Assembly (NCBI GenBank): GCA_028688055.1
Contig: JAQTYZ010000001.1
Coordinates: forward strand, 39,866-103,865
Direction of reading: 5' to 3'
Length of the DNA stretch: 64,000 bases
Source of the DNA: Patescibacteria group bacterium
GTDB lineage: Bacteria > Patescibacteriota > Patescibacteriia > Buchananbacterales > UBA6539
The notes beneath the pieces are model-generated. The model ran no database searches, was not told the origin of the DNA, and saw only the letters and a program-made list of their open reading frames with translations. Position 1 is the stretch's first letter; each line of letters opens with the position of its first letter. Position numbers and translations under genes: made by a program. This document shows, in pieces, positions 47,101 to 56,677 of this stretch.

Positions 47101-47874
47101 ACTGTCAGCTCAATCACCTTGACCGGTATTGCGTCAAACACCCAGTACTTGTATCGAACTGTCCCAACAATTGCTACTAACGACTTATTGTCGTCAGGTA
47201 AAGTTTCCAGCGGCACCTTAGATAGCGGAACTGCCGTAGGCAAAGACCTATATGCTTTCTCCGTTACCGCGGGTTCAACTGGTGACTTGGCATTGTATGA
47301 TGTAAGCTTCTACGTTGCTACCAACACCGCCACCATTACTAATATGGTGATTTCTGATGGTACTAACAACGTTGCTTACCAGCCAACCGGCGGTGACATT
47401 GCTGGATTCTTCCAGACCCAAGATGTCGGAACTGATGCGTGGAACGGAGCAACTCGATTTGTCTTCGTCAGCGACTTTACAGCTCCTGCTTCTTCAACCG
47501 CTGCAACCGTCGTGCCTTACACGATTGCTGCCAACACCACTAAGACTTTCACCCTACGTGGTGACGTCGCTTGTGTCACTGTTGGTGGTAGCGTCTGTTC
47601 AGGTGCAAGCGGAAGTGGATCACTTAGCGTCCAGTTGATGGGTAATACGGCTGCACCAGCCACTTACCCTGTCGCTATCTACACCTTGTCCAAGAATATT
47701 GGTCAGTTGTATAGCAACAGCTTCATCTGGTCAGATTTGACTGCTACCCACAATGCGGGTATCTCAGATCCAACCGCTACCACTTCATCTCAGTGGACCA
47801 ACGGTGCTTACGTAGCTTTGACCAATGGTGGCAAACTACAGGCAACCTCCACTGCGGTTACCTTCAGCAAGTAA
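44158..47874 (+). CDS. Large secreted surface protein with S-layer-like or adhesin-like composition and repeated beta-domains
   Basis: It is 1238 aa with a signal peptide (MLKKLLTYSVVLTTMVWSVGLMAMPVSVGA). It is extremely rich in Thr, Ser, Ala, Gly, Val and Asn, with few charged or aromatic residues. The domain-end motifs TYTVKGDLDSD, TLTVKGDVAAS and TFTLRGDVACV recur. GC is about 47% with a distinct codon bias, which fits high expression. A strong terminator follows. Confidence 0.55.
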   Translation: MLKKLLTYSVVLTTMVWSVGLMAMPVSVGAAVSGDLVKRASSSAVYYLGADSKLHVFFSAADYYTWYSDFSGVKTISETEFSSYGLPGENVFPRPGVKLVQAVEGQPWHTYNANVYALSGDGITRKIASAAVAAAIFGANWETQIIPVDITIFSQFATGADINSASDYDKASEMNNASSINDVKNLGNGNVSTGTSLTVSLASDTPASGIVVGNTINNKFTKVNLTASADGDIVIDSLVVRRGGTVASDGAFSTLEILDGATMMRIGDTKTINSTHMATFNEDIKIPAGTTKSIYLAGNMGSLATKAGEIPSLDLYSVTLTGNAAVIGSLPIVGNYQNLNGTITVGALTVANGTNNPSASTQKIGTTKYIVSGIKLTANSVEDFKVSSLTFNEGGTAGDADVANLQLLADDVVVATVANPTSKNVVFNLSASPVLVAKGKSVQFDVRLDIADGSARTIRFDVKDESDVVAKGQLYGSEVKASAGTGATADADPFWTAPITTVSTGTLRIGPATLSAANVPNSSTQVVLGKFEFEAKGEPSVITSLPIAFTVTTSSGNLSTDSTVDLTNVTLYDENGLIVAGPIDPVSKGTPGNNAKELLVATSTDTLTVPVGVHTYTVKGDLDSDFGSNDTIVARINPGQVTDKGDTTAVTISATPTTDQSSATMTVQSAQLSVSVLNTPVASQIVAGTKNLEFANISLGTQSSGEDIKVTTIKVAIHTTGAAYPAQVSNWSIYDGATKLAVTSDPDSNLSSTAAAASTSTFTLSTPLVLTKGTSKTLTVKGDVAASATSGSIKAGMADSVGADNISAKGNGSGTDASITMSVSDGQAMTLNSVGTLTLTLDTSSPKTGLMPGAPSSGLTFAVWNASAQYEAVNIEKIYLTATAANSGGWDQIAKVYIYDGSTMLASVAPTSSDGTAKTVLIDVTNSPIQIPKDSSKKLTIKVDTTAADAQNGSTGTSGQGLAMTITAAGDVTAKGAQSGTTVSSITLTGIASNTQYLYRTVPTIATNDLLSSGKVSSGTLDSGTAVGKDLYAFSVTAGSTGDLALYDVSFYVATNTATITNMVISDGTNNVAYQPTGGDIAGFFQTQDVGTDAWNGATRFVFVSDFTAPASSTAATVVPYTIAANTTKTFTLRGDVACVTVGGSVCSGASGSGSLSVQLMGNTAAPATYPVAIYTLSKNIGQLYSNSFIWSDLTATHNAGISDPTATTSSQWTNGAYVALTNGGKLQATSTAVTFSK

Positions 47875-47895
47875 TCAATCCTGATTACTTAAAGA

Positions 47896-47937
47896 CCAAA
47901 AAAGTCCTCGCTAACCGCGGGGACTTTTTGGTTTGTT
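47896..47937 (+). terminator. Strong rho-independent terminator after the surface-protein gene
   Basis: The stem ccaaaaaagtcc...ggactttttgg is about 11 bp and is followed by tttgttg. Confidence 0.75.
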
Positions 47938-48045
47938 GTCATCCTGAATCTGTCAAAGGATTAAAAATGTCATCCTGAACTTGTTTCAGGATCTCTTGTC
48001 ACTAGCCCTTTTTTTTGCTAACTTTATATAAGTTTAGGTATAAAT

Positions 48046-49731
48046 ATGGAGCATTTTTTAGTCAAATACCATAAAATTATTTTAGTGGCTATTATTATTT
48101 TAGCGGCCGGTTTGATTTTTTTTGGCTTAACCCGAGCCGATATTCAGATTGATGATGCGACGTATTCTTTTCGATCACTGGGATATTTAGATTATATGGC
48201 GTCGCAATTGCAGACCACGCCGTTGCAATGGTTTGACAGTTTACCGACTTGGTCGCATTTGTCATTTCACGACTCGCCGCCACTGGTTTTTATTATTCAA
48301 TTTATTTTCTTTAAAATTTTTGGGGCCACCGTTTTGGCCGCTCGTTTGCCTTTTGCCCTGGCCGGACTCGTCAGTATTTATCTAACTTATTTGATTGGTA
48401 AAAAGTTATTTGGTGAAAGCGTTGGATTATTGTCAGCACTTATTTTGACAATTTCCAGTTACCATATTTGGGCGAGTAAAGTTGGCTACCTAGAACCAAT
48501 GGCCTTAGCCTTTATTCTATTGACGCTTTATTTGTTCCTAGTCAGTTTAGATAACCATAAGTTTTTTATTCTGTTGGGTGTTGCCCTTGGCTTAATGTTT
48601 TTGACCAAGTACACTACTTTATTTGTCTTGCCGGCGATTTTGATCTATCTATTGATTGTTAATAAAAAATTATTGGCCAATAAATATTCGATATCAGGCG
48701 CGGTGATTGCTATTTTTCTTTTTTCGCCGGTGATTTATTACAATGTTAAAACTTTCCAGACCAGAGGTCATTTGGATTTGCAACTGACAAAACTGTTTGG
48801 TCAAAGTATGGCTGATTGGCCGGGGTTGGCGGCGGACAGCACCAATCATAATTATTTGAAGCAGGGAATTCAATTTTGGTCCGACCTCATGGTTTCGTCC
48901 TCGCTGCCGTTTTACCTACTTATGATGTTGTCAGTGGTTTATTTATTTTTTATCGCCGCCAAGAAGTATCAGAATAAAAAATATTTATTTCTGCCACTGC
49001 TGATTACCTTTATTACTTTGCAATTTTCCGTCATCGGTTCAGCGGTTAGATTTTCATCAATTATCAATCCATTTTTAGCCATTACTTTAGCCCTGGCAAT
49101 TGTTGAAATTTATCATTGGCTTATCAGGGGAGAGCAAAATAAGCCTTTGGTGCTTGGCTTCACGGCAATTTTATTTATCATTTTTGCCTTTGAATTGTTT
49201 TATAATCTAAACACCAATATTTTTTTAGAGCCCGTCGGGGAAAAAGGTAAATTTTATTCCATTTACCGCTGGGAAAGTTTGGGGTTTAATCAATTGAATC
49301 AATATTTGGTTGATAACGAGGGTTTGAAGTTTTCCTTTGCGCACCCTATCAAAAGTAAAAATGATATTAAATTGGACTTCAGTAATATTCCTAATAGTCA
49401 AATTTTTGTTTTTGATCCTGACTTGAATTGGTTTTCAACGCTTTGGTATTTCACCCGTTACACCGTGTATTCAGGAAATTATTTCCTGTCCGCTTCTGAT
49501 TTAGCGATCTTTTTTAAAGATTCCAACTGGCTTGATTTTTTTAAAAAAATTGGGGTAAAAAACGTCTACTTTATTCGCGGTGTTGACAATAAAACTAAAA
49601 ATGAGCTCAACGAGGCGTCGTCTTCCAAGTTAGAAGCTATATTTTTATCAGCTGGTGCCACCGAGCATGATATTAATAATATCAATCGCAAAGTATCAAT
49701 CAAACTTTATAAATTAACATTTAATCAGTAG
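48046..49731 (+). CDS. GT-C fold membrane glycosyltransferase (PMT/ArnT family, GT39/GT83-like)
   Basis: There are 11-13 TM helices and an N-terminal DD/DE-x-x-Y loop motif (DDATYSFRSLGY). It is a paralog of the 50421 gene and shares LPFALAGL...SSYHIWASKVG. Confidence 0.65.
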   Translation: MEHFLVKYHKIILVAIIILAAGLIFFGLTRADIQIDDATYSFRSLGYLDYMASQLQTTPLQWFDSLPTWSHLSFHDSPPLVFIIQFIFFKIFGATVLAARLPFALAGLVSIYLTYLIGKKLFGESVGLLSALILTISSYHIWASKVGYLEPMALAFILLTLYLFLVSLDNHKFFILLGVALGLMFLTKYTTLFVLPAILIYLLIVNKKLLANKYSISGAVIAIFLFSPVIYYNVKTFQTRGHLDLQLTKLFGQSMADWPGLAADSTNHNYLKQGIQFWSDLMVSSSLPFYLLMMLSVVYLFFIAAKKYQNKKYLFLPLLITFITLQFSVIGSAVRFSSIINPFLAITLALAIVEIYHWLIRGEQNKPLVLGFTAILFIIFAFELFYNLNTNIFLEPVGEKGKFYSIYRWESLGFNQLNQYLVDNEGLKFSFAHPIKSKNDIKLDFSNIPNSQIFVFDPDLNWFSTLWYFTRYTVYSGNYFLSASDLAIFFKDSNWLDFFKKIGVKNVYFIRGVDNKTKNELNEASSSKLEAIFLSAGATEHDINNINRKVSIKLYKLTFNQ

Positions 49732-49733
49732 TT

Positions 49734-50417
49734 ATGAACAAGAAAAAAATCAATCTAATCATTTCCATTGTCGCGGTCGTTATCGTTATTGGCTCATTGG
49801 GTTATTATCTTTATCCGAAGTCGAATGGTATAAAGCCAGCGGCGCCAAATTATTTTGAAATTAAAATTGTCGACCAGACTCTTCCTCAGAAAACAAAGGA
49901 TGCTTATGTGGCACAATTTAATAAAACTAAAGAAGAGTTATTGCAGAATCCGGATTTATTTAATCAATGGATGGACCTAGCGATGATTAAAAAACAATTT
50001 GGCGATTATCAGGGCGCTGAAGAGATTTGGCTTCACGCTAGTGACCTTCGACCTAAAAATAGCTTGTCTTATAGTAATCTAGCCGATCTCTATACAAATT
50101 TCTTAAAAGATTATGATAAGGCGCTGCCAAACTACCAGTCAGCCATTGCTAACTCTATCGGTGAACCTATTAACGTATCTTATGTCCGAAACTTTTTTGA
50201 TTTTTATTATTATAATTTGAATGATCAGGCCAAGGCTGAACAAGTCTTACTCCAAGGTGAAGAAAATAATCCAAAAAATATTGATATGATGATTTTGCTT
50301 GCCAGTTATTATGAAGACGAAGGTAATAAGGCTAAAGCTTTGGAGTATTATCAGAAAGCTCTTGATATTGATTCAAGCGATCAGTCAGTTAAAGCTGCAA
50401 TCAAGAAATTAAAATAA
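49734..50417 (+). CDS. Membrane-anchored TPR-repeat protein
   Basis: It has an N-terminal TM helix and TPR repeats (e.g. KAKALEYYQKALDIDSSD). It is sandwiched between the two GT-C genes. Confidence 0.55.
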   Translation: MNKKKINLIISIVAVVIVIGSLGYYLYPKSNGIKPAAPNYFEIKIVDQTLPQKTKDAYVAQFNKTKEELLQNPDLFNQWMDLAMIKKQFGDYQGAEEIWLHASDLRPKNSLSYSNLADLYTNFLKDYDKALPNYQSAIANSIGEPINVSYVRNFFDFYYYNLNDQAKAEQVLLQGEENNPKNIDMMILLASYYEDEGNKAKALEYYQKALDIDSSDQSVKAAIKKLK

Positions 50418-50420
50418 AAT

Positions 50421-52112
50421 ATGCCAGCTGTAAAATGGAAAAATTGGCTTTTAGTAGTTTTCATTTTATTGTCAGCGGCGTTTCTTCGACTTTATCAGCT
50501 GGGTAGCGCTGATGTTCTTAACGATGAAACTTTAATAGCTTTTAGGTCAGTCGGCTATATTGATTTTTTTTCATCACCCTACCAGACCACTCCTTGGGAG
50601 TGGTCGGCCGATGTGCCGTGGTGGGCTCATCTGTCGTTTCATGACCATCCGCCCGTAGTCTTTGTACTACAACACCTATTATTTCTTTTTTTGGGACCAA
50701 GTGTTTTTGTAATGAGGTTGCCATTGGCCTTGGCTGGTATTGGTTCGGTATTTTTGTTGTTCTTAATTGGGAAATTATTATTTGATAATAAAGTCGGATT
50801 AATTTCGACGGGGCTGTTAGCAGTTTCCAGTTATCATGTGTGGATTAGTCGGATTGGCCTGCAAGAATCAATGGTTATTTTTTTTGTTTTATTAATCATT
50901 TACCTATTTATTAAATCATTGCAATCGGGAGCTCATTGGCAGTGGGGGATTGCCTTTGGTCTAGCGCTGATGACCAAGTATACGGCGGTTGCCGTCGCCC
51001 CAATTATTTTCTTTTGGTTGATTTTTTTTAGACGGGATTTATTTAAAGAAAAAAAATTTTGGTTGGCACCGCTCTTATCGTTGTTAATTTTTAGTCCGGT
51101 TGTTTTGTATAATATTAAATTGTTCCAATCAACCGGTCATTTCGATTTACAATTTTCTTATTTATTCGGGCAAAATGTTGAAGCTTGGAGATATCTACCG
51201 GGAAAAATTCAAGCTGGGAGTTTATTTGATCGATTACGTAATTTAATCCCGTCGCTTTATGATGGCTTATTGGGCCCAATGTTTATCCTGTTTATCCTGT
51301 CAATATTAATTCCCATCGCTTCTTTTTGGCGTCAATTTTATCAAAAGACCTTTGACGCTAACGCGGCTGAATTTCAGGGTTTTTGCTTTGTTTTATTGGG
51401 ATTCAGTTCATTTTTGTTAGAGTTATTGCTGATTGGGCCATCAATCAGATTCACCGTTATGATTGTACCCTTTGTCGTTTTATTAGTAGGCCAGCTGCTG
51501 GCAAAATTAAGCAAAGTTATTTTAATTTCAGTAACATCGCTTCTTCTTGTTATTGAACTTTTTTTTACGTACAATGTCGTTTTTGCTGTTAGTCCAATCG
51601 GAAATCTGCATCAAACTTATTCACTAGCTAGAAACGAAAGCATTGCTTGGGGTTATAATTATCTTAATGATTACGTCGAGAAGTTGGTTGAAGAAAAACA
51701 ACCCGCTCTAAGCTTTTCGACCAAATATCCTTTTACTGAAAGATTAAAACAAGCCGCCATTCAACAAGATAAAGCTGAAAATAAAACGAGCTCAGCGATA
51801 CTAATGATCTATGATAATCGGATGTATGAAACGGCAACTTTTTGGATTTTTCATCGTCAACTTGTTTACGGTGCCTGGCCGATTTTAACAGCCCAAGATT
51901 ATTTAAACCAGGGAGTGGAATTTTGGCGCGCGCAGGGGATTACTGATTTTTATCTTTTCAAAATTTTGGACAATATTTTATTGGTTGATCCAGAGTCAAA
52001 TGCCTCAACGGCCACTGACGAAATTATCTCGACGCTTAGTGATAAAAAACCGTTGGACCTAATAAAAAACCGGAACGATGATCCGGTGTTTGAGGTTTAT
52101 CATTGGCAATAA
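50421..52112 (+). CDS. GT-C fold membrane glycosyltransferase (PMT/ArnT family), second paralog
   Basis: It has a DETLIAFRSVGY loop motif, many TM helices and the same architecture as 48046..49731. Confidence 0.65.
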   Translation: MPAVKWKNWLLVVFILLSAAFLRLYQLGSADVLNDETLIAFRSVGYIDFFSSPYQTTPWEWSADVPWWAHLSFHDHPPVVFVLQHLLFLFLGPSVFVMRLPLALAGIGSVFLLFLIGKLLFDNKVGLISTGLLAVSSYHVWISRIGLQESMVIFFVLLIIYLFIKSLQSGAHWQWGIAFGLALMTKYTAVAVAPIIFFWLIFFRRDLFKEKKFWLAPLLSLLIFSPVVLYNIKLFQSTGHFDLQFSYLFGQNVEAWRYLPGKIQAGSLFDRLRNLIPSLYDGLLGPMFILFILSILIPIASFWRQFYQKTFDANAAEFQGFCFVLLGFSSFLLELLLIGPSIRFTVMIVPFVVLLVGQLLAKLSKVILISVTSLLLVIELFFTYNVVFAVSPIGNLHQTYSLARNESIAWGYNYLNDYVEKLVEEKQPALSFSTKYPFTERLKQAAIQQDKAENKTSSAILMIYDNRMYETATFWIFHRQLVYGAWPILTAQDYLNQGVEFWRAQGITDFYLFKILDNILLVDPESNASTATDEIISTLSDKKPLDLIKNRNDDPVFEVYHWQ

Positions 52113-53240
52113 TTATTCACGATAAACTTTTTCGGTTTTAAAAATCATTTTGTCCAAACTGAATTTATTTTCGAAGTCAATTTTAGCCTGACGGCCTAAA
52201 GTGGCGGCCAGATTTTTATTTTTAATCAATTCAATTATCGCTCCAGCTAAAGCTTGCTTATCTGCCGGTGGTACCATCAGCCCATTGCTCTTATCTTGAA
52301 TCATCTCCGGAATACCGCCGACCTTGGTGGCAACAATTGGCAATCCGGCTTGCATTGCTTCAAGGATGGTATAGGAAAGACCTTCTTTAACCGAAGCAGA
52401 ACAATAAATATCAAACGCTTTTAGAAGTTTATAAAAATCGCTTGGTTGCCTGCCTAAAAGTATAAATGAGTTTTTTAACCCCAGTTCTGATATTTTATTT
52501 TCAAGGCTTGGCCGTAATCGCCCGTCGCCGACCAAAACAAATAAAATATCGGGCCAGTCGGTAATGACGGTTTTACTCGCGTCAATTAGATATGATAAGC
52601 CTTTAGTTAAATAAAAATTTGCCACCGTTCCGACAATAATTTTATTTTCTGGCAAATGGAGCTTTAGTCTGGCTTCATTGGTTGAATTGAAGTCTATTTT
52701 TTGAATGCCATTATTAATGGTAATTAGTTTATTGGCATTGGTAATTTTATTTTGAATGCCTGTCTGTCGATCATATTCTGACACACAAATTAATTTGTTT
52801 TTATAACGGGCGGAAAATTTTTCAGCCCAGACATAAATTATTTTTTTTAATTTCGACATCGGTTCATTAAAAACAAATCCGTGAACCGTGTAAATAATTT
52901 TTTTTATGCCGGTATGCCGACCGGCCATCGCGCCGATAACTCCGGCCTTACTGCTGTTAAGATGTAAAATATCAGGGGCAAAATTCTTAAGCAGTTTTTT
53001 GATTTCAAAATAAGCCGCGATGTCTTTGAGCGGATTAATTTCTCTGACTAAATTTTTTAGTTGGTACGTCTGAATGCCTTGTTGTTTCAATTTATCGAAC
53101 AGTTCTTCATCGCCTCCGGCCGCAATTGCCACCTGATAACCCTTGGCTTTAAATTCATTAGCCAAATCAAAAATATAACGCTGCGCACCGCCCCATTCTG
53201 ACTGGGTTACAATGTATAATATTTTGCTAATTTTAGGCAT
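52113..53240 (-). CDS. Glycosyltransferase family 4 (GT-B)
   Basis: EGLSYTILEAMQAGLPIVATKVGGIPEMI is the EX7E motif. It is convergent with the upstream GT-C gene with no intergenic space. Confidence 0.75.
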   Translation of the reverse strand: MPKISKILYIVTQSEWGGAQRYIFDLANEFKAKGYQVAIAAGGDEELFDKLKQQGIQTYQLKNLVREINPLKDIAAYFEIKKLLKNFAPDILHLNSSKAGVIGAMAGRHTGIKKIIYTVHGFVFNEPMSKLKKIIYVWAEKFSARYKNKLICVSEYDRQTGIQNKITNANKLITINNGIQKIDFNSTNEARLKLHLPENKIIVGTVANFYLTKGLSYLIDASKTVITDWPDILFVLVGDGRLRPSLENKISELGLKNSFILLGRQPSDFYKLLKAFDIYCSASVKEGLSYTILEAMQAGLPIVATKVGGIPEMIQDKSNGLMVPPADKQALAGAIIELIKNKNLAATLGRQAKIDFENKFSLDKMIFKTEKVYRE

Positions 53241-53348
53241 AAAGTAGACCCTTGAAGAGGGTATTTTTTGGCTTGACTGAAAGCAAATTTTATATAATAA
53301 TAATAAGGTATTATTGGTTAATAATCAAGTTATTTTTTTTGCTAAAAT

Positions 53349-54302
53349 ATGATGATTTTGGTGACCGGCGGCGCCGGTTTTATCGGCTCACACTTGTCTA
53401 AGGCTCTACTTGATCGGGGTGATAAAATTGTCATCGTGGACAATTTTAATGATTATTATCAGCCCTCTCTCAAAGAAGATCGGCTCAAAAATTTAATCGG
53501 CGGTCGCGCCGAAATTTTTCGTTTGGATATCGCCACTGATATTGATAAATTAAGAAAAATTTTTAGTGAGCATAACTTTGATAAAGTTGTCCATTTAGCG
53601 GCTCAGGCTGGTGTCAGGTATTCGTTAGAAAATCCTAGCTCCTATATCAAATCCAATATCGTCGGGACGCATAATCTTTTAGAGTTAGTGAAAGAATTTA
53701 AAATTAAAGATTTTATTTTTGCATCATCATCATCAGTTTATAGTGGTAATAAAAAATTGCCTTGGTCGGAAGCTGATCCAGTGGATCGGCCGGTCTCGGT
53801 CTATGCGGCGACCAAAAAAGCCAATGAGGTTGAGGCCTATGTTTACCATCATCTTTACGGCATCAATATTACTGGCTTGAGATTTTTTACCGTTTACGGA
53901 CCATGGGGCCGACCGGATATGGCTTATTTTTTGTTTACTAACGCAATTGTCCAGGGTAAGCCAATCAATGTCTATAATAATGGTAAGATGCGTCGTGATT
54001 TTACTTATATCGACGACATCGTCAGTGGTGCAATTCTAGCGATTGATCATTGCGATGGTTATCAAATTTTTAACTTGGGCCATAACAGTCCGGTTGAACT
54101 TGAAAAATTTATTAGTATTTTAGAAAAAGAAATTGGCCAAGTGGCGCTAAAAAATTATTTGCCAATGCAGCGTGGTGATTTTTTGGAAAATTATGCCGAT
54201 ATCAATTTAGCGAAAACCGTTTTAGGCTGGGAACCAAAAACGGACATTGATTTGGGCTTGGAAAAGTTTGTCGTTTGGTATAAGGACTATTATAAAATTT
54301 AA
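53349..54302 (+). CDS. NAD-dependent nucleotide-sugar epimerase (UDP-glucuronate/UDP-glucose 4-epimerase family)
   Basis: It has the VTGGAGFIGSHL Rossmann motif and the catalytic YAATKKANE (YxxxK). Length is 317 aa. Confidence 0.75.
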   Translation: MMILVTGGAGFIGSHLSKALLDRGDKIVIVDNFNDYYQPSLKEDRLKNLIGGRAEIFRLDIATDIDKLRKIFSEHNFDKVVHLAAQAGVRYSLENPSSYIKSNIVGTHNLLELVKEFKIKDFIFASSSSVYSGNKKLPWSEADPVDRPVSVYAATKKANEVEAYVYHHLYGINITGLRFFTVYGPWGRPDMAYFLFTNAIVQGKPINVYNNGKMRRDFTYIDDIVSGAILAIDHCDGYQIFNLGHNSPVELEKFISILEKEIGQVALKNYLPMQRGDFLENYADINLAKTVLGWEPKTDIDLGLEKFVVWYKDYYKI

Positions 54303-54306
54303 GATT

Positions 54307-55557
54307 ATGCCACAAAAAATTTGCGTTGTTGGTTTGGGTTATGTCGGTTTGCCGCTGGCTTGCTTATTATCAAAAAAATTTGAGGTTGCCGGCTTTGATA
54401 TCAATACCAATAAAATTAATGATTTAAAACAAGGACGAGATGAAACTGGTGAAGTCGATAATTTGGTGCAGTATCAAATAAATTATTCAGCTGACCCAAA
54501 AATAATCTCGGAAGCCAATTTTATAATTGTGGCGGTACCGACCCCAATCACTGATGACAAACGACCCGACTTAGCGCCGTTAATCAGTGCGTCACAAATT
54601 GTCGGTCGGAATTTAACCAGCGGTTCGATTGTCGTTTACGAAAGCACCGTTTATCCTGGGTGTACTGAAGAAGATTGTTTACCAGTTTTAATTAAAGAGT
54701 CAGGTTTAAAATTTGGCACCGATTTTACCATTGGTTATTCACCCGAACGCGTTAATCCGGGGGATCGTGTTCATACCATTGATAAAATTGTCAAAATTGT
54801 TTCGGGCAGTGATGATGAAACCTTAGCAAAAGTGGCGGCGATTTACGGCGCGATTACAACCGTTCATCAGGCACCGAGTATTAAGGTGGCGGAAGCCGCC
54901 AAAGTGATTGAAAATGTTCAGCGCAGTTTGAATATTGCCCTGATGAATGAACTGGCTTTAATTTTTGATCAAGTTGGCATTAGCACTAAGGATGTGATTG
55001 AGGCCGCCGCGACCAAATGGAACTTCCAAAAATTTTCACCGGGCTTAGTTGGTGGACACTGTATCGGTATCGATCCGTATTATTTAACTTATAAAGCTCA
55101 GCAATCAGGTTATGAACCGAAGGTAATTTTGGCTGGTCAAGATGTTAACGAGTCGATGGCCAAATTAGTTGCCGGTAAATTTGTCGGGCGCAAAACTGTT
55201 TTAGTACTCGGTGTTACTTTTAAAGAAAATGTCCCCGACGCCAGAAACACTAAGGCTATAAATGTTATGGCTGAACTAAAAAAACAGGGGGCAGAAGTTT
55301 ATTGGCATGATCCGATTTATTCGGCCAAACATCAGACCCAAGGGTTCGAAAAATATAAGTATGTCGACTCATTGGAAAATTCGACGGTAAAATATGACGG
55401 AATATTAATTTTTAGTCCGCATAGTATATTTAAAAATTATTTATTATCACAACTACAGTCTCATTGTCTAACCAACCAGCCATTAATTTTTGACGTTAAG
55501 GGTTTTTACAATCGGGCCGAAGCGGAAAGGCTCGGCTTTAAATATTTAACACTATAA
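54307..55557 (+). CDS. Nucleotide-sugar dehydrogenase (UDP-glucose/GDP-mannose dehydrogenase family, WbpA/TviB-like)
   Basis: It has the NAD-binding motif VVGLGYVGLPLA and the catalytic Cys in GGHCIGIDPYY. The start is taken at the ATG at 54307. Confidence 0.75.
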   Translation: MPQKICVVGLGYVGLPLACLLSKKFEVAGFDINTNKINDLKQGRDETGEVDNLVQYQINYSADPKIISEANFIIVAVPTPITDDKRPDLAPLISASQIVGRNLTSGSIVVYESTVYPGCTEEDCLPVLIKESGLKFGTDFTIGYSPERVNPGDRVHTIDKIVKIVSGSDDETLAKVAAIYGAITTVHQAPSIKVAEAAKVIENVQRSLNIALMNELALIFDQVGISTKDVIEAAATKWNFQKFSPGLVGGHCIGIDPYYLTYKAQQSGYEPKVILAGQDVNESMAKLVAGKFVGRKTVLVLGVTFKENVPDARNTKAINVMAELKKQGAEVYWHDPIYSAKHQTQGFEKYKYVDSLENSTVKYDGILIFSPHSIFKNYLLSQLQSHCLTNQPLIFDVKGFYNRAEAERLGFKYLTL

Positions 55558-56675
55558 TGAAGATTTTAATTTTTTCTTTAGCTTATTTACCGTTCATCGG
55601 CGGCGCCGAACTGGCGGTTAAGGAAATAACTGATCGGCTGCGGGATATTGATTTTGATCTGTTAACCGTCAATCTCGATGGCAAACAACAGCCAGTTGAG
55701 GAAATCGGCAATATTACTGTTTATCGTTTAGGTTTGGGTAAAAAAGCAAAATATTTTTTCCCTTATTCGGCCTATAATAAAGCCGTTGAACTTCACCAAA
55801 AAAATAATTACGATGTAACCTGGGCGATAATGGCCAATCAGGGCGGTATTGCGGCTTACCGATTTAAAAAACATTTTCCCGACGTTAAATATATTTTAAC
55901 TCTGCAAGAAGGGGATTCGTTGAAGCGAATTTGGAGTCGGACTTTTTTTATGAGATCTTTGTATAAAAAAATTTATGGCTCAGCTGATTTTATTCAACCC
56001 ATTAGTAGTTTCTTAAAATATCGGGCGGAAAAATATGGGTATCAAGGAAATATAAAAATTGTCCCTAACGGCGTTGATCTTGCGAAATTTCAGGATGAAT
56101 TTTCGGACGTCGAACGTAATGAGTTTCGGAGCAAGCTAGGGATATTAGCCACCGATAAAGTTGTTATTACAACATCTCGATTGGTTTATAAAAATGGTAT
56201 TGATAATTTAATCCGCGCGATGCGCAATGTTTCAGCCAAACTATTGATTTGCGGTGACGGCGGGTTGGAGATTAAATTAAAATCTTTAGCGCAAGAAATT
56301 GGGGTAAAAGATAAAATATTATTTTTAGGCCATATTGATCAAACGGATTTGCCAAAATATTTGCGCTCAGCTGATGTCTACGCCCGACCATCGCGTTCTG
56401 AAGGTTTGGGCTCCGCTTTTTTGGAAGCGATGGCGGCCGGGCTGCCAGTTATTGGTACTAAGGTTGGCGGTATCCCTGATTTTTTAATTGATGGTAGCAA
56501 TGGTTTATTTTGTGAGGTTGATAATCCTAGTGATTTGGCCAATAAGATTAATTTGTTGCTAACTGATAGCGCTTTGCGACAACGGCTGATTGAAGCAGGA
56601 CGAGCAATAGTGTTTAAAAATTATGACTGGCAACAAATTACCGATCAAATGAAAGAAATTTTTGAAAAAAAATAA
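55557..56675 (+). CDS. Glycosyltransferase family 4
   Basis: SEGLGSAFLEAMAAGLPVIGTKVGGIPDFL. Confidence 0.75.
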   Translation: MKILIFSLAYLPFIGGAELAVKEITDRLRDIDFDLLTVNLDGKQQPVEEIGNITVYRLGLGKKAKYFFPYSAYNKAVELHQKNNYDVTWAIMANQGGIAAYRFKKHFPDVKYILTLQEGDSLKRIWSRTFFMRSLYKKIYGSADFIQPISSFLKYRAEKYGYQGNIKIVPNGVDLAKFQDEFSDVERNEFRSKLGILATDKVVITTSRLVYKNGIDNLIRAMRNVSAKLLICGDGGLEIKLKSLAQEIGVKDKILFLGHIDQTDLPKYLRSADVYARPSRSEGLGSAFLEAMAAGLPVIGTKVGGIPDFLIDGSNGLFCEVDNPSDLANKINLLLTDSALRQRLIEAGRAIVFKNYDWQQITDQMKEIFEKK

Positions 56676-56677
56676 TT

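Noticed and set aside
44303-47638. Eight short sense and antisense ORFs inside the 1238-aa surface-protein gene (for example 44658..44975, 45162..45476, 46851..47243)
   Set aside because: They are fully embedded in a long ORF that is compositionally coherent, has a signal peptide and is well terminated. They are typical shadow ORFs of a moderately GC-biased gene.
53248-53279. Hairpin (accct-tgaag-agggt plus T6) and a TTGACT box in the divergent region between the minus-strand GT4 gene and the epimerase
   Set aside because: The stem is only 5 bp and promoter spacing is ambiguous (14 or 17 nt). It is plausible as the epimerase promoter or an insulator, but not supportable from sequence alone.
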